Shown here: positions 11,853 through 25,883 of the stretch, piece by piece
Layout of the letters: every line of letters starts with the position of its first letter
Position numbering within the stretch: position 1 is the first letter of the stretch
Assembly (NCBI GenBank): GCA_965197745.1
Contig: CBDANS010000007.1
Location: 1,792,001 to 1,856,000 of the forward strand
Length of the DNA: 64,000 bases
Source: Opitutales bacterium
Lineage (GTDB): Bacteria > Verrucomicrobiota > Verrucomicrobiia > Opitutales > PNEW01
Direction of reading: 5' to 3'
The notes under the pieces: generated by a model
The model's database searches: none
What the model saw: the letters and a program-made list of their open reading frames with translations, nothing else
What the model was told of the DNA's origin: nothing
Made by a program: the position numbers and the translations under genes

Positions 11853-12923
11853 ATGAAGAAAATTCTGGTTGCCATGTCAGGTGGCGTAGATAGCAGTGTT
11901 GCCGCTCTCTTATTAAAACAAGAGGGATATCTTGTCTCTGCTGCGTATATGAAAAATTGGATAAACGAAGAAAATATATTTAGTGATTGTCCGTGGCAAC
12001 AAGATATAGATGATGCACGCGCGGCAGCTGATATAATAGGAGTTGATTTTCAAGTGATTAATTTCATTAAAGAATATCACACCCATGTAGTAAGTTATCT
12101 CGTAGATGGTTACCGGAAAGGATTTACTCCCAATCCTGATGTGATGTGTAACCGTAAGATGAAATTTGGTCTATTTTTAGATTATGCTTTAAATCATGGC
12201 TATTCCGCCATTGGAACAGGTCACTACAGCCGAATTAAAAATAACGCCGATGGCAGCATCGATATCCTCGAGGGTGTTGATAAAAATAAAGACCAGTCTT
12301 ATTTTCTATCGATGCTTAATCAACACCAACTAAAGCATGCTCAATTCCCTATTGGTCATCTGGAAAAAAAGGAAGTGCGTGAAATCGCCCGTCGTGAAAA
12401 ATTGCCTAATGCCGATAAAAAGGACAGCCAGGGGATATGTTTCATTGGTAAAGTAAATATCAATATATTTTTAGAACACTATCTACCGGAAAACCCAGGT
12501 GAAATTATAAATACTGATCAGACGATAATCGGACGACACCGGGGTTTACATCGATACACACTGGGGCAGAGAAAGGGCATAGGGATACCATCAAACACCG
12601 ATCATAAAAATTATGTAGTCGTAGGTAAGGATCTCGCTCATAATCGATTAATAGTTGCTTTTGACGAAGAAGAAGCCGCTGGCCTGTATACGAAAAGGAT
12701 AAAAGTGCATTCATTGAGTTTTACAAACTATAGCTTAAAGAAGGAAGCCCTATGCCTTGCTAAACCGCGTTACCGCGATCCATCCCAAGGCATTATATTC
12801 AAGGAGCAGAGGAAAAGCGAAGCACAGATTATCTTCGAGCGAGCACAGCGCGCATTGGCTCCGGGTCAGATCGTGGCTTTATACGATGGCGAAAAACTGC
12901 TGGGTGGCGGAATATATCATTGA
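11853..12923 (+). CDS. mnmA: tRNA-specific 2-thiouridylase
   Basis: AMSGGVDSSV, TPNPDVMCN, KDQSYFL, DSQGICFIG. Confidence 0.97.
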   Translation: MKKILVAMSGGVDSSVAALLLKQEGYLVSAAYMKNWINEENIFSDCPWQQDIDDARAAADIIGVDFQVINFIKEYHTHVVSYLVDGYRKGFTPNPDVMCNRKMKFGLFLDYALNHGYSAIGTGHYSRIKNNADGSIDILEGVDKNKDQSYFLSMLNQHQLKHAQFPIGHLEKKEVREIARREKLPNADKKDSQGICFIGKVNINIFLEHYLPENPGEIINTDQTIIGRHRGLHRYTLGQRKGIGIPSNTDHKNYVVVGKDLAHNRLIVAFDEEEAAGLYTKRIKVHSLSFTNYSLKKEALCLAKPRYRDPSQGIIFKEQRKSEAQIIFERAQRALAPGQIVALYDGEKLLGGGIYH

Positions 12924-12972
12924 AAAGATAATCTGGTAGCCTATATTATTTTGTCCCTGGTCGATCTTCAAT

Positions 12973-14733
12973 TTAGGAATTTTTTTGAAGAGCATATTCT
13001 TTATGCAGTAAATTAAGATCTTCCATGTCGGGTGGCACTGTAGCAATGGCTTCTTCCAGTGAGGTTAATCCCGCCGCAACTTTTTTCATGCTATCCTGGT
13101 GCAAGGTGGACATTCCATTGACAACCGCAATGCGCTTAATTTCTGCAGTTTCCGCTTCATCATTAATCCCCTTAACTAATGCTTCACTCGTGGCCATTAC
13201 TTCGTGAATTCCAATCCGACCTTTAAAACTTGATCTTCCACAGCTTGGGCAACCCTCTGGGTTAGGTTTAAAGATCTGTCCATCGTATTTTATTGCTTCA
13301 TAAATAATATTCGCTTCATTCCCCTCCGGCGAGAATGATTGTTTACAGTTTTTACACAATCGTCGAATTAACCTTTGGGCGCAGACACAAAGAAGTGATG
13401 TCGAGATCATAAATGGAACAACATCTAACTCAGTGAGTCGTGAAATAGTACTGGGAGCATCGTTTGTGTGAAGCGTACTGAAAAGCATATGGCCGGTAAG
13501 GGCTGCCTCTGTCGCTATGGAGGCAGTCTCTTTATCTCGAATTTCACCAACAAGAATGATATCCGGATCTTGTCTTAAGAAAGCACGGAGGGCTAAAGCA
13601 ATGGTAAGCCCTATTTTTCTATTCATCTGCATTTGCAAGAGCCCAGGTAAGGTATATTCAATTGGGTCTTCTGCGGTGCGAATACAGCGATCGGGAGTGT
13701 TAATCTCAATTAAAGCTGAGTAGAGGGTCATTGATTTCCCCGAGCCCGTTGGACCGCAGTGAAGTATCATCCCATAGGGGCGTTTTATGAGCTCACTATA
13801 AGTCTCCATATTTCCAGGTTCAAATCCCAGGGATGTTAATGGCAGGGTGCTTTTCTGCTTGTCGAGAATACGCATAACTACACCTTCCCCATAATTTAGG
13901 GGTGCCGTAGATACACGTAAGTCGATGTCGATATCTTTTTTCGTATACTGCTTGAAGACAATACGCCCATCTTGAGGAAGTCGTTTCTCTGCAATATCGA
14001 GATTTGACATTATCTTAATACGGGCCACCAGCCCATTTAACACTTTGAACGGCAAACTCAGTATTTCATTGCATTTCCCATCAATTCGAACCCGCACAAG
14101 AGTAAATTCCTCGAATGGTTGAATATGAATATCACTCGCGCCCGAATAATAGGCATCTTCGATAATTCGATTGGCCAATTGAACGATGGGGGCTGATTCC
14201 TCTTCGAGATCAGCTTCGGTGAGGTCACCGTCCTCGCTCTCGAAATCCATGTCCAGGGCGTCAACAACATCGCCAAATCCTAAGCTTTTCGACATCACTT
14301 CTTTTTCTTCGAGGAATGTATTTATATCACTTTCCAGAGCTAAAAGAGGTGACACTTTAAGTTTTGTCATATCTTGGATTTTATTGATCACATTGAGATT
14401 AAATGGGTCCGCTAAAGCGATAACCATAAAATCACCTGCCTGTCCCACCGGGAGTATTTTATTTTCTCGACATATATCCATATCAAGTTTTTCAAATGTG
14501 GTTTCATCCCGCTCATAATTTTTGGCATTAAAGGGGGTAAGATCAAAAGCTTTGCTTTCAGCGACAAGTATTTGAAATTCAGTAAGGTTATAGTCATTCA
14601 TAAGAAGACTTTCCAATGCTTCTCCGGATAAATCATGAGGAGAATTTTTAATCTCACTGGTTTGATCTTCGGTCAACCGTCCCAGATCACCCAGCTTATT
14701 AATGATTCTGGTCTGAATTCGCGCTAATGGCAT
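12973..14733 (-). CDS. GspE/PilB-family secretion/pilus assembly ATPase
   Basis: [15 protein letters not shown], Walker [32 protein letters not shown], Zn-binding CxxC pairs. Confidence 0.93.
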   Translation of the reverse strand: MPLARIQTRIINKLGDLGRLTEDQTSEIKNSPHDLSGEALESLLMNDYNLTEFQILVAESKAFDLTPFNAKNYERDETTFEKLDMDICRENKILPVGQAGDFMVIALADPFNLNVINKIQDMTKLKVSPLLALESDINTFLEEKEVMSKSLGFGDVVDALDMDFESEDGDLTEADLEEESAPIVQLANRIIEDAYYSGASDIHIQPFEEFTLVRVRIDGKCNEILSLPFKVLNGLVARIKIMSNLDIAEKRLPQDGRIVFKQYTKKDIDIDLRVSTAPLNYGEGVVMRILDKQKSTLPLTSLGFEPGNMETYSELIKRPYGMILHCGPTGSGKSMTLYSALIEINTPDRCIRTAEDPIEYTLPGLLQMQMNRKIGLTIALALRAFLRQDPDIILVGEIRDKETASIATEAALTGHMLFSTLHTNDAPSTISRLTELDVVPFMISTSLLCVCAQRLIRRLCKNCKQSFSPEGNEANIIYEAIKYDGQIFKPNPEGCPSCGRSSFKGRIGIHEVMATSEALVKGINDEAETAEIKRIAVVNGMSTLHQDSMKKVAAGLTSLEEAIATVPPDMEDLNLLHKEYALQKNS

Positions 14734-14741
14734 CTCACTGA

Positions 14742-15260
14742 TTAATTAAGGGCGACTGCTCTCTCGGTTTCGTTGCGATCTCTGCGTTTCTTCAACGAAT
14801 CCAGTTTGCTGCTAAGACGGTTAAAATGACTTACATACCAGATGATGTCTCCGTCCAGAGATTCCTCCCAAAATTTTCTCACGGCAGGACTTAAATAGTA
14901 GGCACTGGAAACAAACCAAAATCCGGAAATACAATCGATGGGCATTGACCAGGTGGATAGACAATCGTTAAAATTGATCTGCTCCAATACTTCTTCGGAG
15001 ATATTGTATTTATCCAAGTCACAGTAACCGAGACCAAATTCCTCAATTTGATAATTAAGCAAATCTTCCTCCTTAAGTTTCTCTACATCATATAAAAGAA
15101 TCTTAAGAATGGATGCATCTTGGGGATCTTCTGAACGAAGTTTTTCAAGAAAATGAGAATTGGCCGTTTCCAAATCTTCCAGGTCGATAATGTTCGAATC
15201 GACAATTTTCGCCCCAAACATTCGATTCGCTTTGATTAATAAATTTTGACCATTTCTCAT
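14742..15260 (-). CDS. Hypothetical protein resembling a stand-alone GspE/MshEN N-terminal domain
   Basis: [23 protein letters not shown] resembles the RLGxxLxxxxxIxxxxLxxAL motif; ends 8 bp before the ATPase start. Confidence 0.5.
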   Translation of the reverse strand: MRNGQNLLIKANRMFGAKIVDSNIIDLEDLETANSHFLEKLRSEDPQDASILKILLYDVEKLKEEDLLNYQIEEFGLGYCDLDKYNISEEVLEQINFNDCLSTWSMPIDCISGFWFVSSAYYLSPAVRKFWEESLDGDIIWYVSHFNRLSSKLDSLKKRRDRNETERAVALN

Positions 15261-15373
15261 AGTCTATATTTTATCTTTTTAGATCCAATTAGACAATAGA
15301 GCCTAATCCCCAATTACCGTTAATAATATGTAAAAGTGATCGTCTCTGAAGTTTGTATTGCATTCTCCAATTG

Positions 15374-16768
15374 TTATATCAATGCCTGCGAAACCTCTTC
15401 CTCAAGAATTTCTGGATACAATAAATCAAGATCATTTAAGGTCATATCATTTTCAATTAAATCAGGATTTTCTCCTATGGCAATGAGTGCCGCTTTAGCA
15501 TTACCACCAATTATATCTTTAAGGGCGGAAAGGTACCCTGCCTGTTTTTGCTGCAGATACTGGGGGAGATGAGGTGAATAAAGATATCGATCTATCTTGC
15601 TTCCGTTGCGTCGCAATATTCTTTTTAAATCGGCGCTCTTCACTTTGCCTGGGTGTCCTGTAATTACTGCATTTCGTAGAGTATTTACGAGTTCGACAAA
15701 GTTACCGGGCCATTGATAAGTGAGAAGAAACCCCACTGCTCCGAAACTGAGGGTTTTCTTTTCTGGACGTTTCTCCTTTTCAGCATAAAACGCGAGATAC
15801 CGTGACGTGAACAACGCGAGGTCAGTAATTCTCTCTCTTAGTGGGGGAATATTTATAATTTCATTTTTATTGAGAAGCGCTGATAGAGCATCGGTTCTTT
15901 TATTTGCTAGCTTTATAAGTTTGGGAGCATTCAAATTTACTATAAATGTCAGATTGTCGCAGTCATCTGATAGCCCATCTGCAAGTAACTTGATTATCTT
16001 AATCGAGCCGCATAAATCATTTCGAAATACATTTTCCGAATCAATAATGGCAACTACATTGCTAAGTGCCGCATCTGAATTGATTGACTCCAGTAATTTT
16101 ATAGTGTCATGCGAAGGTAATGATGAAGTAGACAGATATAGGGATGGTTTTCCATCGAGAAACTTCGCGAACGACCAGCTCAAATTCTGACCCTGAAGGA
16201 GCATTCACATAGTGAACGTGTTTCTCATTGCTACTGTTCCATAGCATTTGAATAAATTCTCTGGATGAGGAATGAGCATCAGCGAGATAGCTGAGTTCTT
16301 GAGGATAAGTATTCTTTTTATTTTTGCTTTGTTCATTATTCCCTGAGCGCAGCATGCTTGTAACACCCTTATTTTCTTTTATTTGTTTTTTTTCGTCTAT
16401 TAAAGGGAAGGCGTACTTTCTGACATGATTGATAAAGTTTTGAGTATCGAAAGGTTTTTCCAAAACCACGGAAACCCCGATATTAGCTACTTTAACAAGT
16501 TCTGGAGTGTTCATGTGTCCAGAGATCATGATCACAGGGATAGATGGATCTATTTTGCGGGCGTGTTCTAAAAATTCGGCTCCTCCCATAACGGGCATAT
16601 TATAATCAGAGATAATGAGTGCATACCTTTTCTCTCTAAAGCTTCTAAAGCTTCCACCGGTTTAGTGATTGTATCCACGCAAAAGTGATGGGCGCACAAC
16701 AAATCGTTGAGCATCGCTGCGTAATTTTCCTCATCATCGAGAACTAATATATCACTGCTCAACATCAT
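15374..16768 (-). pseudogene. Response regulator (REC + degenerate sigma54-activator AAA), split by two frameshifts
   Basis: ORFs 16568-16768, 16107-16598 and 15374-16204 join into one protein. One extra A in the run near 16630 restores ...ALERKRYALIISDYNMPVMGG; the second shift is near 16150. C-terminal part has IPPLRER and YQWPGNFVEL. May be an assembly error. Confidence 0.7.
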
Positions 16769-17450
16769 TTTTGCCTAGAGTGCTATTAAAAAATTGTCAG
16801 GTATGAACCTACTTCAGCAGACAGTTTGCTCCCCATGTGTGTGTAATTTTCATGTTCATTAAATTTGTTTGTTCAGGTATATTTATTCTTTCTTCTTAAT
16901 AATAATGGACGATATACTCCTTAATTGAAGTGGTGTTCTGATTAGCGATGTATTTATTGTAAACCCTGTCAAAAAATTCACAGGTTATTTTATACAAGTC
17001 ATTAGGCAAGATAAGACAAGTATAGTGAGAAGTATTTACCTTCTCTTTACATGCTGATTGGCAATGAATCTGAGTTAATATAGTGCCGAAACTGCGTTAC
17101 CAAAAATTAAAATATTGTAACAATACAAGGCAACTGGATTATTATCCAAATACTACATCTTATCAACGCATGAGAATAAAATAAACGTGCCGATTGGTTT
17201 TATAAATTTTCCCGTAATACTTGAAGTCCCCCGTTCTATCTTCATAAAAAATTTACATCAGAATTCACTTATTAACATCTCTTTTACATGCTAAAACAAT
17301 TCGCCCCGTTCAATTACAGAATATTAAATCAGAACTAATGAATTATATAAACTTACTCTGACTTCGGGGTGACGAAAGAGGAGGCTTAACTCCCACCGGC
17401 ACAGCAAAATGATGCAGGGAAATAAATATCACCCGCAGAATATGCGGTAA

Positions 17451-18752
17451 TCAATTATGGAGACAATTAATGAGTGCTTCAATTTTTTCAATTCGAAGCC
17501 CCAAAACTCTTGCTGTCTTATTGACATTCCCTCCGCAAAGATGAAGGACAGCCTGTAAATATTCATCGCGCGCGTCGCGCAAGTGACTTTCAAGTTGTTG
17601 AAATATAACCCGTGGTTCTTCACCGTTTAATTCATGGGTCAAATGTAAATCATCGTAAGATATTGTTGCTCCTTGAGAATAGCGAATCGCTGCTTTAATG
17701 GTTTGTTTCAACTCTAAATTATTTTCATCCCAATTTAGATTTTCAAGGTAGTCTAATCCTTTAGGTTCGATAATTAAAACTACCTCATACCCCTTTTCTT
17801 TAACCACATTATAAATAATTTGCTCGGTTAAAATTGCAATATCTTCCCGGCATTGGCGCAGAGGAGGAACGTGCACTTCGGTGGTCCCTAAAAAAATATA
17901 AAGATTTTCATCTATCAGACCTTGGTCATATAATGCATCAATATCTTGGCGCAAAGAATAGACAAATCGGATATGCGCCTTTAAATCATGAAATGGCTTC
18001 TCCCTGTTGGCTATTTTTAAAATGATTTCGGTTTTATATGAGTCCAAATGTTCTATGTCCATAACGGCAACGGTAATACGTTCTACCCTTTCTGCTTCTT
18101 TAATCTTTATGGTTTCAATAAGTTTCGAATCTTCAAAATTGTCATCGCACAAGTAAATTAATTCTTCTTTTAGACCTTCAGCAAATCCACATATATCCTC
18201 ACAGATTTCCTTAAAGGGAACCCCTTTTTCACCAATTATCATCAGATTTGATTTAAAATTTCTTATCGCAAAAAGTTTCTTGGCAAAGGCTGCGGATTTG
18301 ACAGCTCTACAGGGATAAGATCTGAACTTAAACCCGAGAGAGTTATTAAACTTCGGTCCCGAAGTTTCGGTAACTAGCTCTTTTTCACCGTTTACCGAAT
18401 TTCCCAATAATTCAGCTGTTCTTTTCAGGAGAGAAAAAATATTCAGTGGTTTTAGAAAAATTCCGTTTACCCCATTATTGATGAGCTCGCGAATGGTATC
18501 ATGCTCTAAGAAACCCGAAACCATAATGATCGGCATATTTTCATGGATGCTTCTAATCTTGCGAAAGAACTCGAGACCGGAGAGATGGGGCATGCGCTGA
18601 TCGGTAACGATGAGATCAACGGGTTCTTCTTTTACAATATCCAGCGCTTGTTTTGGATCGTGAGAGGAAATGACTTCATAATCAGCATGTGTAAATACAT
18701 CTGTTAATAGAGTATTAAAATCTGCGTCATCATCTAATATTAATATCTTCAT
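17451..18752 (-). CDS. Response regulator with degenerate sigma54-type AAA domain and Fis-like HTH
   Basis: REC ILILDDD...VTDQRMP; IIGEKGVPF in place of GESGTGK; VPPLRQCREDI; WDENNLEL; GGNVNKTARVLGL. Confidence 0.8.
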   Translation of the reverse strand: MKILILDDDADFNTLLTDVFTHADYEVISSHDPKQALDIVKEEPVDLIVTDQRMPHLSGLEFFRKIRSIHENMPIIMVSGFLEHDTIRELINNGVNGIFLKPLNIFSLLKRTAELLGNSVNGEKELVTETSGPKFNNSLGFKFRSYPCRAVKSAAFAKKLFAIRNFKSNLMIIGEKGVPFKEICEDICGFAEGLKEELIYLCDDNFEDSKLIETIKIKEAERVERITVAVMDIEHLDSYKTEIILKIANREKPFHDLKAHIRFVYSLRQDIDALYDQGLIDENLYIFLGTTEVHVPPLRQCREDIAILTEQIIYNVVKEKGYEVVLIIEPKGLDYLENLNWDENNLELKQTIKAAIRYSQGATISYDDLHLTHELNGEEPRVIFQQLESHLRDARDEYLQAVLHLCGGNVNKTARVLGLRIEKIEALINCLHN

Positions 18753-18988
18753 CGAATTTTTATTAATACTCTAAGTTTGGCACTATAATAAATGGCACGA
18801 TTCAATACCTATGTTTAAAATTATATCATTATAATTTTTAGGCAAATCCATATTAGCAATGTCGATGAAATTCAATTCCAGGAGGAAAATCATGTGCGCT
18901 CAGAAATAGGACTCCCCTATGAAGTTATATTTATCGAGATATTATTATCATATTTAATAAGAAACTTTTTTTCCGCATTATGCATTCA

Positions 18989-20050
<1,062 letters not shown>

Positions 20051-20110
20051 TCAGATTTTTAAAATAATATTATATATTATTTTTCTTAATTTATTTAATT
20101 TGATTTATAA

Positions 20111-20491
20111 ATGACAAAAAAACAGCATCCCTTAGAATGGGTTATTGAGCCACTCATTGATAAACCAAACTTTTTACAAAAAGCAATGTTTGGATGCGAG
20201 GGCTGCTATTTTAACGGTCGATTAGTACTGTTGCTCGCTTCGCGTGGTTCAGAGCCCTGGAATGGCCTACTGATTCCAACGGAAAGAGCGCACCATAGGT
20301 TTCTCATGAACGATATCCCTTCATTAATAAAACACTCCGTGATAGGTAAATGGCTTTACCTGAGTGAGGGAAAAGATGATTTTGAAAAAATAGCGGGACA
20401 ACTAATAAAGATGATCGAGAACAGTGACCTGCGAATTGGTATTTCTCCAAAACCAAAAAAGAGGAAAAAGAATACACCCTTTAAGGGGTGA
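20111..20491 (+). CDS. Hypothetical protein, TfoX-N-like
   Basis: KAMFGC..YF.G; PWNGLLIPT; KWLYL; Lys-rich tail. Confidence 0.5.
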   Translation: MTKKQHPLEWVIEPLIDKPNFLQKAMFGCEGCYFNGRLVLLLASRGSEPWNGLLIPTERAHHRFLMNDIPSLIKHSVIGKWLYLSEGKDDFEKIAGQLIKMIENSDLRIGISPKPKKRKKNTPFKG

Positions 20492-20528
20492 AGCCTCGGA
20501 TTATCCAGCTCGAAAGAGGGTGTAGAAA

Positions 20529-21953
20529 CTAATATTTATAGTGAGATGATTTATAGGGACCTTCGACAGGTACTCCAATGTAGTCAGCCTGTTCACTGGT
20601 GAGCTTAGTCAGCTTGACTCCAATCTTCTCAAGATGGAGACGGGCCACTTCCTCATCCAGGTGCTTCGGTAATATATAAACGCCAGGAGAATATTTTTCT
20701 AAATTTTCCCATAATTCAATTTGCGCAAGCACTTGATTTGAAAATGAATTAGACATGACGAAAGAAGGATGACCCGTAGCACAACCCAAATTCACTAAAC
20801 GTCCTTCTGCCAGTAAGTAAACGGAATGGCCATCGGGAAATGTGTAGCTATCCACCTGCGGTTTAATATTCTCTTTTATTATACCCGGAGTGTTCTCTAG
20901 TTCGCTGACCTGGATTTCATTATCGAAATGACCTATATTGCAAACAATTGCCTGGTCTTTCATTTTTTCCAAATGTTCCACTTTGATAATGTCGATATTA
21001 CCAGTAGTCGTTACATATATATCAGCCCATCCCAAGGTATCTTCGACAGTCGTTACTTTATAGCCTTCCATAGCGGCTTGGAGCGCACATATAGGATCTA
21101 CTTCTGACACGACAACCTGAGCCCCCATTGCCATAAGCGCTTTTGCGCAACCTTTTCCCACATCGCCGTATCCGCAAACGACCCCGACTTTGCCTGATAT
21201 CATTACATCGGTTGCACGTTTGATCCCGTCTATCAGTGATTCACGGCAACCATAAAGATTGTCAAATTTCGATTTTGTTACCGAGTCATTTACATTCATG
21301 GCGGGGACTAAAAGGGCCCCTTTTTCTTGCATTTGATATAGCCGATTGACTCCTGTTGTTGTCTCTTCGGAGACCCCTTTCCAATCATTCACGATATTAT
21401 GCCAATGATCTGAGCTTTCAGAATATATTTTTTTGAGCAGAGACTTAATGACAGCTTCTTCTTTGCTGCCGGCAGTTTCATCTGCCCATGTGCTACCATT
21501 TTCCAGTTCATAGCCTTTATGGATAAGCAAGGTAGCGTCTCCCCCATCGTCGACGATTAAATTAGGCCCTTTGCCATCCGGCCAAGTGAGGGCTTTGAAA
21601 GTACAATCCCAATACTCCTCTAAACTCTCCCCTTTCCAGGCGAAAACCGGCGTTCCGCTTTTGGCAATAGCGGCGGCGGCATGATCCTGGGTAGAAAATA
21701 TATTGCAGCTGGCCCAGCGGATATCAGCTCCCAAGTCTTTAAGTGTTTCTATAAGGACCGCGGTTTGAATCGTCATGTGAAGCGAACCGCTGATACGAAC
21801 CCCCGATAAGGGTTTTTTTTCAGTGTACTTTTCACGCATGGACATGAGCCCCGGCATCTCTTTCTCTGCTATGGCAATTTCCTTTCTTCCCCAACTGGCC
21901 AAACTTATATCCTTAACCTTATAATCCTGCTCAACTTCTGTATGTGTGCTCAT
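20529..21953 (-). CDS. ahcY: Adenosylhomocysteinase
   Basis: [40 protein letters not shown]. Confidence 0.98.
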   Translation of the reverse strand: MSTHTEVEQDYKVKDISLASWGRKEIAIAEKEMPGLMSMREKYTEKKPLSGVRISGSLHMTIQTAVLIETLKDLGADIRWASCNIFSTQDHAAAAIAKSGTPVFAWKGESLEEYWDCTFKALTWPDGKGPNLIVDDGGDATLLIHKGYELENGSTWADETAGSKEEAVIKSLLKKIYSESSDHWHNIVNDWKGVSEETTTGVNRLYQMQEKGALLVPAMNVNDSVTKSKFDNLYGCRESLIDGIKRATDVMISGKVGVVCGYGDVGKGCAKALMAMGAQVVVSEVDPICALQAAMEGYKVTTVEDTLGWADIYVTTTGNIDIIKVEHLEKMKDQAIVCNIGHFDNEIQVSELENTPGIIKENIKPQVDSYTFPDGHSVYLLAEGRLVNLGCATGHPSFVMSNSFSNQVLAQIELWENLEKYSPGVYILPKHLDEEVARLHLEKIGVKLTKLTSEQADYIGVPVEGPYKSSHYKY

Positions 21954-21973
21954 ATTGAATAATGTCAGATCTT

Positions 21974-23140
21974 TTATCTTATTGCTTTTAGTAAATCTCT
22001 TGCTTTACCCGTGTCTTCCCAGGGTAAACCTCTCTTAGCAAAATGCCCGTAATTTGTTGTATCCCGATAGATTGGCCGGAGCAACTTGAGTTGTTTGATA
22101 ATATCGGCAGGTTTAAAACTAAAGACCTTTTTTACCGCGGAGACGATAGTATTATCATCAAATTTTCCGGTCCCAAAAGTATCGATATGGATGCTTGTGG
22201 GGAGAGGATGCCCTATTGCATAGGCAACCTGAATCTCTACGGCAGAAGCAAGCCCGGCCGCGACAATATTCTTTGCCGCCCATCGCGCCATATATGCTGC
22301 AGATCTATCTACCTTCGAAGGATCCTTTCCTGAAAAAGCGCCTCCGCCGTGACGGGCCCAACCGCCGTAAGTGTCAGCGATAATTTTTCGTCCGGTTAAT
22401 CCTGCATCTCCCTGGGGACCCCCAATAACAAACTTCCCTGTTGGATTTATAAGAAATTCGGTATTTTTCGATAATAAATTATCTGGCAATACTTTTTTAA
22501 TAATTTCATTTCTACAAAATTTATCGATCTTGTGATGAGGCATTTCCGCAATGTGCTGGGTAGAAATAACAACGTTTTTTATTCTCGTTGGCTTCCCATT
22601 TGCGTATTCTACCGCCACCTGAGACTTACAGTCAGGCCTTAGCCATCGGCCATTTTTACCGTTTCGTTCTTTTGCTAATCGACGATTTAACCGGTGCGCA
22701 AACATTATCGGGGCAGGCATTTTTTCCGGGGTATCATTGCATGCATAGCCAAACATGATGCCTTGATCGCCCGCGCCCTGCTGAGCGGTCTTTTTGCCCC
22801 TCGCTCTTTTCGCATCGACACCTTGTTTAATGTCAGACGATTGTGAAGTTATATGATTAGCGATAAACACCTTATCTGCATGAAAGATATCATCATCATT
22901 TGTGTAACCTATTTCACGAATCGCGTTCCTTATAACTTTTTCATAATTCAATTTTGCTTTCGTCGTAATTTCACCCGCGAGAATGACACAGTTACTCTTA
23001 ACCATTGTTTCACAGGCTACGCGGCTTTTCTTATCTACGGCCAGGCAGGCATCAAGAATGCTATCTGAAATATAGTCGGCAACTTTATCGGGATGGCCTT
23101 CACCAACTGATTCGGATGAAAATATAAAGGTATCGGCCAT
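21974..23140 (-). CDS. metK: S-adenosylmethionine synthetase
   Basis: [33 protein letters not shown]. Confidence 0.98.
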   Translation of the reverse strand: MADTFIFSSESVGEGHPDKVADYISDSILDACLAVDKKSRVACETMVKSNCVILAGEITTKAKLNYEKVIRNAIREIGYTNDDDIFHADKVFIANHITSQSSDIKQGVDAKRARGKKTAQQGAGDQGIMFGYACNDTPEKMPAPIMFAHRLNRRLAKERNGKNGRWLRPDCKSQVAVEYANGKPTRIKNVVISTQHIAEMPHHKIDKFCRNEIIKKVLPDNLLSKNTEFLINPTGKFVIGGPQGDAGLTGRKIIADTYGGWARHGGGAFSGKDPSKVDRSAAYMARWAAKNIVAAGLASAVEIQVAYAIGHPLPTSIHIDTFGTGKFDDNTIVSAVKKVFSFKPADIIKQLKLLRPIYRDTTNYGHFAKRGLPWEDTGKARDLLKAIR

Positions 23141-23180
23141 AAAAATTAGATTAGTATTCGCACATTGTTATCAATCTAAT

Positions 23181-24992
23181 TTACAGCCGACTCACCAGTA
23201 GCTCGCGTTCATAGCTCATTTCGTGAGGCAGGCGATCAAAGAGTTTCAGGAAAAGCGCTTCATGCTGCAAGGTTTGCATTTTAGCTTTTCCCCGATCGAA
23301 ACTCATAAGCTGGTCCCATTGCTCCCGGCTGTAGGCGAGGCCTCTCCAATCAATATCTTCGTAGCGTGGTATCCATCCAAGCGGTGACTCTTTAGCCTCT
23401 ACCCTGCCATTTGCGCGTTCGACAATCCATTTGAGCACGCGCATGTTCTGCCCATAACCTGGCCACATGAAAGTCCCATCATCATCCTTGCGAAACCAAT
23501 TAACATGGAAAATGAGCGGTTTTTCTGATGAAGCCTTTCCCATTTTAATCCAATGTTGAAAATAATCCCCCATATGGTAACCACAAAAGGGCAGCATTGC
23601 CATCGGGTCATTGCGAAGTTCGCCGACTTTACCTTCTGCCGCAGCGGTTCTCTCTGATCCCATAGTGGCACCAACATACACCCCGTTTGTCCAATTGAAT
23701 GATTGATAAACGAGGGGTATATCCGACATGCGTCGTCCGCCGAATATAAAGGTTTTAATGGGCACCCCTTTCGGGTCTTCCCATGCCGGATCGATAGTGG
23801 GACATTGGTTCGCAGGTGCGGTAAAACGCGCATTGGGGTGGGCTGCTGGATGGTCGCTATCGGGGGTCCAATCGTTACCGTGCCAGTCGATAAGATGAGC
23901 GGGCGTCTCTTTCGTCATCTCTTCCCACCACACATCGCCATCATCGGTCATCGCAACATTAGTGAAAATAGTATTAGCTTTCAACGATTCCATTGCATTG
24001 GGATTGGTATCATAGGACGTTCCAGGTGCTACGCCAAAAAAGCCCGCCTCAGGATTGATGCCATAGAGTTTGCCGTCTTCACCAGGATTGATCCATGCGA
24101 TGTCATCGCCAATTGTTGTAACTTTCCAACCCGCAATCTCTTGAGGAGGGACAAGCATGGCGAAATTCGTTTTACCGCAAGCGCTGGGAAAAGCGGCGGT
24201 CACATATGTTTTCTCCCCTTCTGGGGATTCCACACCAAGGATAAGCATGTGTTCGGCAAACCACCCCTCATCACGCGCCATGCAGGAGGCAATGCGTAAG
24301 GCAAAACATTTTTTTCCTAAAAGTGCGTTTCCCCCATAGCCGCTTCCGTATGAATAAATCGAGCGTTTTTCTGGAAAATGGACAATATAGCGATTATCCG
24401 GATTACAGGGCCAGGGGACATCTTTTTCATTATCCTTCAATGGCATACCAACCGAGTGCAGGCAGGGAACATAAAATCCTTCATCCCCAAGCGCCTCGAT
24501 CACCATGTCCCCTACCCGCGTCATGATATGCATACTTACAACGACATAGGGAGAATCGGTGACTTCCACACCGATTTGAGAAATTGGAGAACCGACAGGC
24601 CCCATACTAAAGGGAATAATATACATAGTGCGTCCGCTCATACACCCCTGGTATAAATTTTTTAATGTCTTCCACATTTCCTCTGGATCCAACCAGTTGT
24701 TTGTCGGTCCGGAATCTTCTTCTTTTTCACTGCAAATAAAGGTTCGGTCTTCTACACGTGCGACATCACGAGGGTCAGAACGACAGAGAAAGCTGTTGGG
24801 ACGTTTTGCCGGATTTAACTGAATAAAAGTACCGCTCTCAACCATTTGCCGGGATAGTTGATCATACTCTTCTTTTGATCCATCACACCAGTAAACATCT
24901 TCCGGTTGGCATAAGGTGATGAGATCATCAATCCAGTTTAATAGATTTTTATTGTTCGTTTTGAGATTTTTCTGAATATTAACTGCGCACAT
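23181..24992 (-). CDS. pckG: Phosphoenolpyruvate carboxykinase (GTP)
   Basis: [51 protein letters not shown]; exact start uncertain. Confidence 0.96.
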   Translation of the reverse strand: MCAVNIQKNLKTNNKNLLNWIDDLITLCQPEDVYWCDGSKEEYDQLSRQMVESGTFIQLNPAKRPNSFLCRSDPRDVARVEDRTFICSEKEEDSGPTNNWLDPEEMWKTLKNLYQGCMSGRTMYIIPFSMGPVGSPISQIGVEVTDSPYVVVSMHIMTRVGDMVIEALGDEGFYVPCLHSVGMPLKDNEKDVPWPCNPDNRYIVHFPEKRSIYSYGSGYGGNALLGKKCFALRIASCMARDEGWFAEHMLILGVESPEGEKTYVTAAFPSACGKTNFAMLVPPQEIAGWKVTTIGDDIAWINPGEDGKLYGINPEAGFFGVAPGTSYDTNPNAMESLKANTIFTNVAMTDDGDVWWEEMTKETPAHLIDWHGNDWTPDSDHPAAHPNARFTAPANQCPTIDPAWEDPKGVPIKTFIFGGRRMSDIPLVYQSFNWTNGVYVGATMGSERTAAAEGKVGELRNDPMAMLPFCGYHMGDYFQHWIKMGKASSEKPLIFHVNWFRKDDDGTFMWPGYGQNMRVLKWIVERANGRVEAKESPLGWIPRYEDIDWRGLAYSREQWDQLMSFDRGKAKMQTLQHEALFLKLFDRLPHEMSYERELLVSRL

Positions 24993-25155
24993 TGTGTTCT
25001 TAGCTGCTCTCGATTAATTAATTGTTTCTTCATTATGAGGATCGTTGTTTCCAAGAAGAAATAAGTCCTCTCAATACTGGCAAACTGATAAAATGATAGA
25101 CTATTTTTACATGGCCATAAAGAGATAGGAGAAAAATGCAATGACCAAATGGAAA

Positions 25156-25446
25156 TTAGTTTTGCCTCTGCTCCTGCTTTTGGCGATGTGCTTTAATAAA
25201 ACAGAGGACAATAGCGATGCCGGGCGCCCAGATAAGAGCAAGGTGAGAAAGGTCTGCAACGCCATTTTGAGCCATCAAATATAGAGAATAGTCAAACCCT
25301 AATAAAATTCCAGTCAGGGGATAGAGGATGCCCCCAAGAATTGCTGCGGTGGTAATAATTGCCGCTGAATAAACTGTAAATAAGGATATCCAGTAAGCTA
25401 TTATTTTGAATAGTTTAATGGATAATATAAATTTAGCATTCTTCAC
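25156..25446 (-). CDS. Small membrane protein, hypothetical
   Basis: 96 aa with two hydrophobic segments; fills the gap between pckG and the thioesterase gene. Confidence 0.55.
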   Translation of the reverse strand: MKNAKFILSIKLFKIIAYWISLFTVYSAAIITTAAILGGILYPLTGILLGFDYSLYLMAQNGVADLSHLALIWAPGIAIVLCFIKAHRQKQEQRQN

Positions 25447-25457
25447 ATTATAAATCC

Positions 25458-25856
25458 ATGTATATTTCGGATACTAAAATTCGTGTTCGCTACGCTGAAA
25501 CAGATATGATGGGCGTAGCTTATTATGGCAATTTCTTTACCTGGTTTGAAGTTGCTCGAATTCGGATGCTCGATAAGATGGGTATGCCCTATCGGGAGAT
25601 GGAACTCCAGGGCATACGACTGCCCGTTCTTGAAGCCAATGCGGTGTATAAATTTCCTGCCCGATTTGATGACGAAGTAGAAATAAAAACATTATTAAAA
25701 AATATACCTGCCGTCCGCTTTAAAATTGATTACGAACTGTATATCGAAAGTAAATTGATTGCCACGGGGTTTACAATCCATGCTTTTACAAATTCTAAGG
25801 GCCAGGCGACAAGACCTCCTAAAGATTTTATGGCCCGGATGAAAGAATACTTTTAA
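25458..25856 (+). CDS. YbgC/FadM-family acyl-CoA thioesterase
   Basis: RVRYAETDMMGVAYYGNFFTWFEVAR, PARFDD. Confidence 0.9.
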   Translation: MYISDTKIRVRYAETDMMGVAYYGNFFTWFEVARIRMLDKMGMPYREMELQGIRLPVLEANAVYKFPARFDDEVEIKTLLKNIPAVRFKIDYELYIESKLIATGFTIHAFTNSKGQATRPPKDFMARMKEYF

Positions 25857-25883
25857 CGGGGCGTATTCTCAGGTATCTGAAAC

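Noticed and set aside
20473..20524. Inverted repeat tacaccct...agggtgta between convergent genes
   Set aside because: Probably an ordinary terminator-like structure; single copy, with no mobile-element evidence
23141..23180. SAM riboswitch upstream of metK
   Set aside because: Only 40 bp separate pckG and metK
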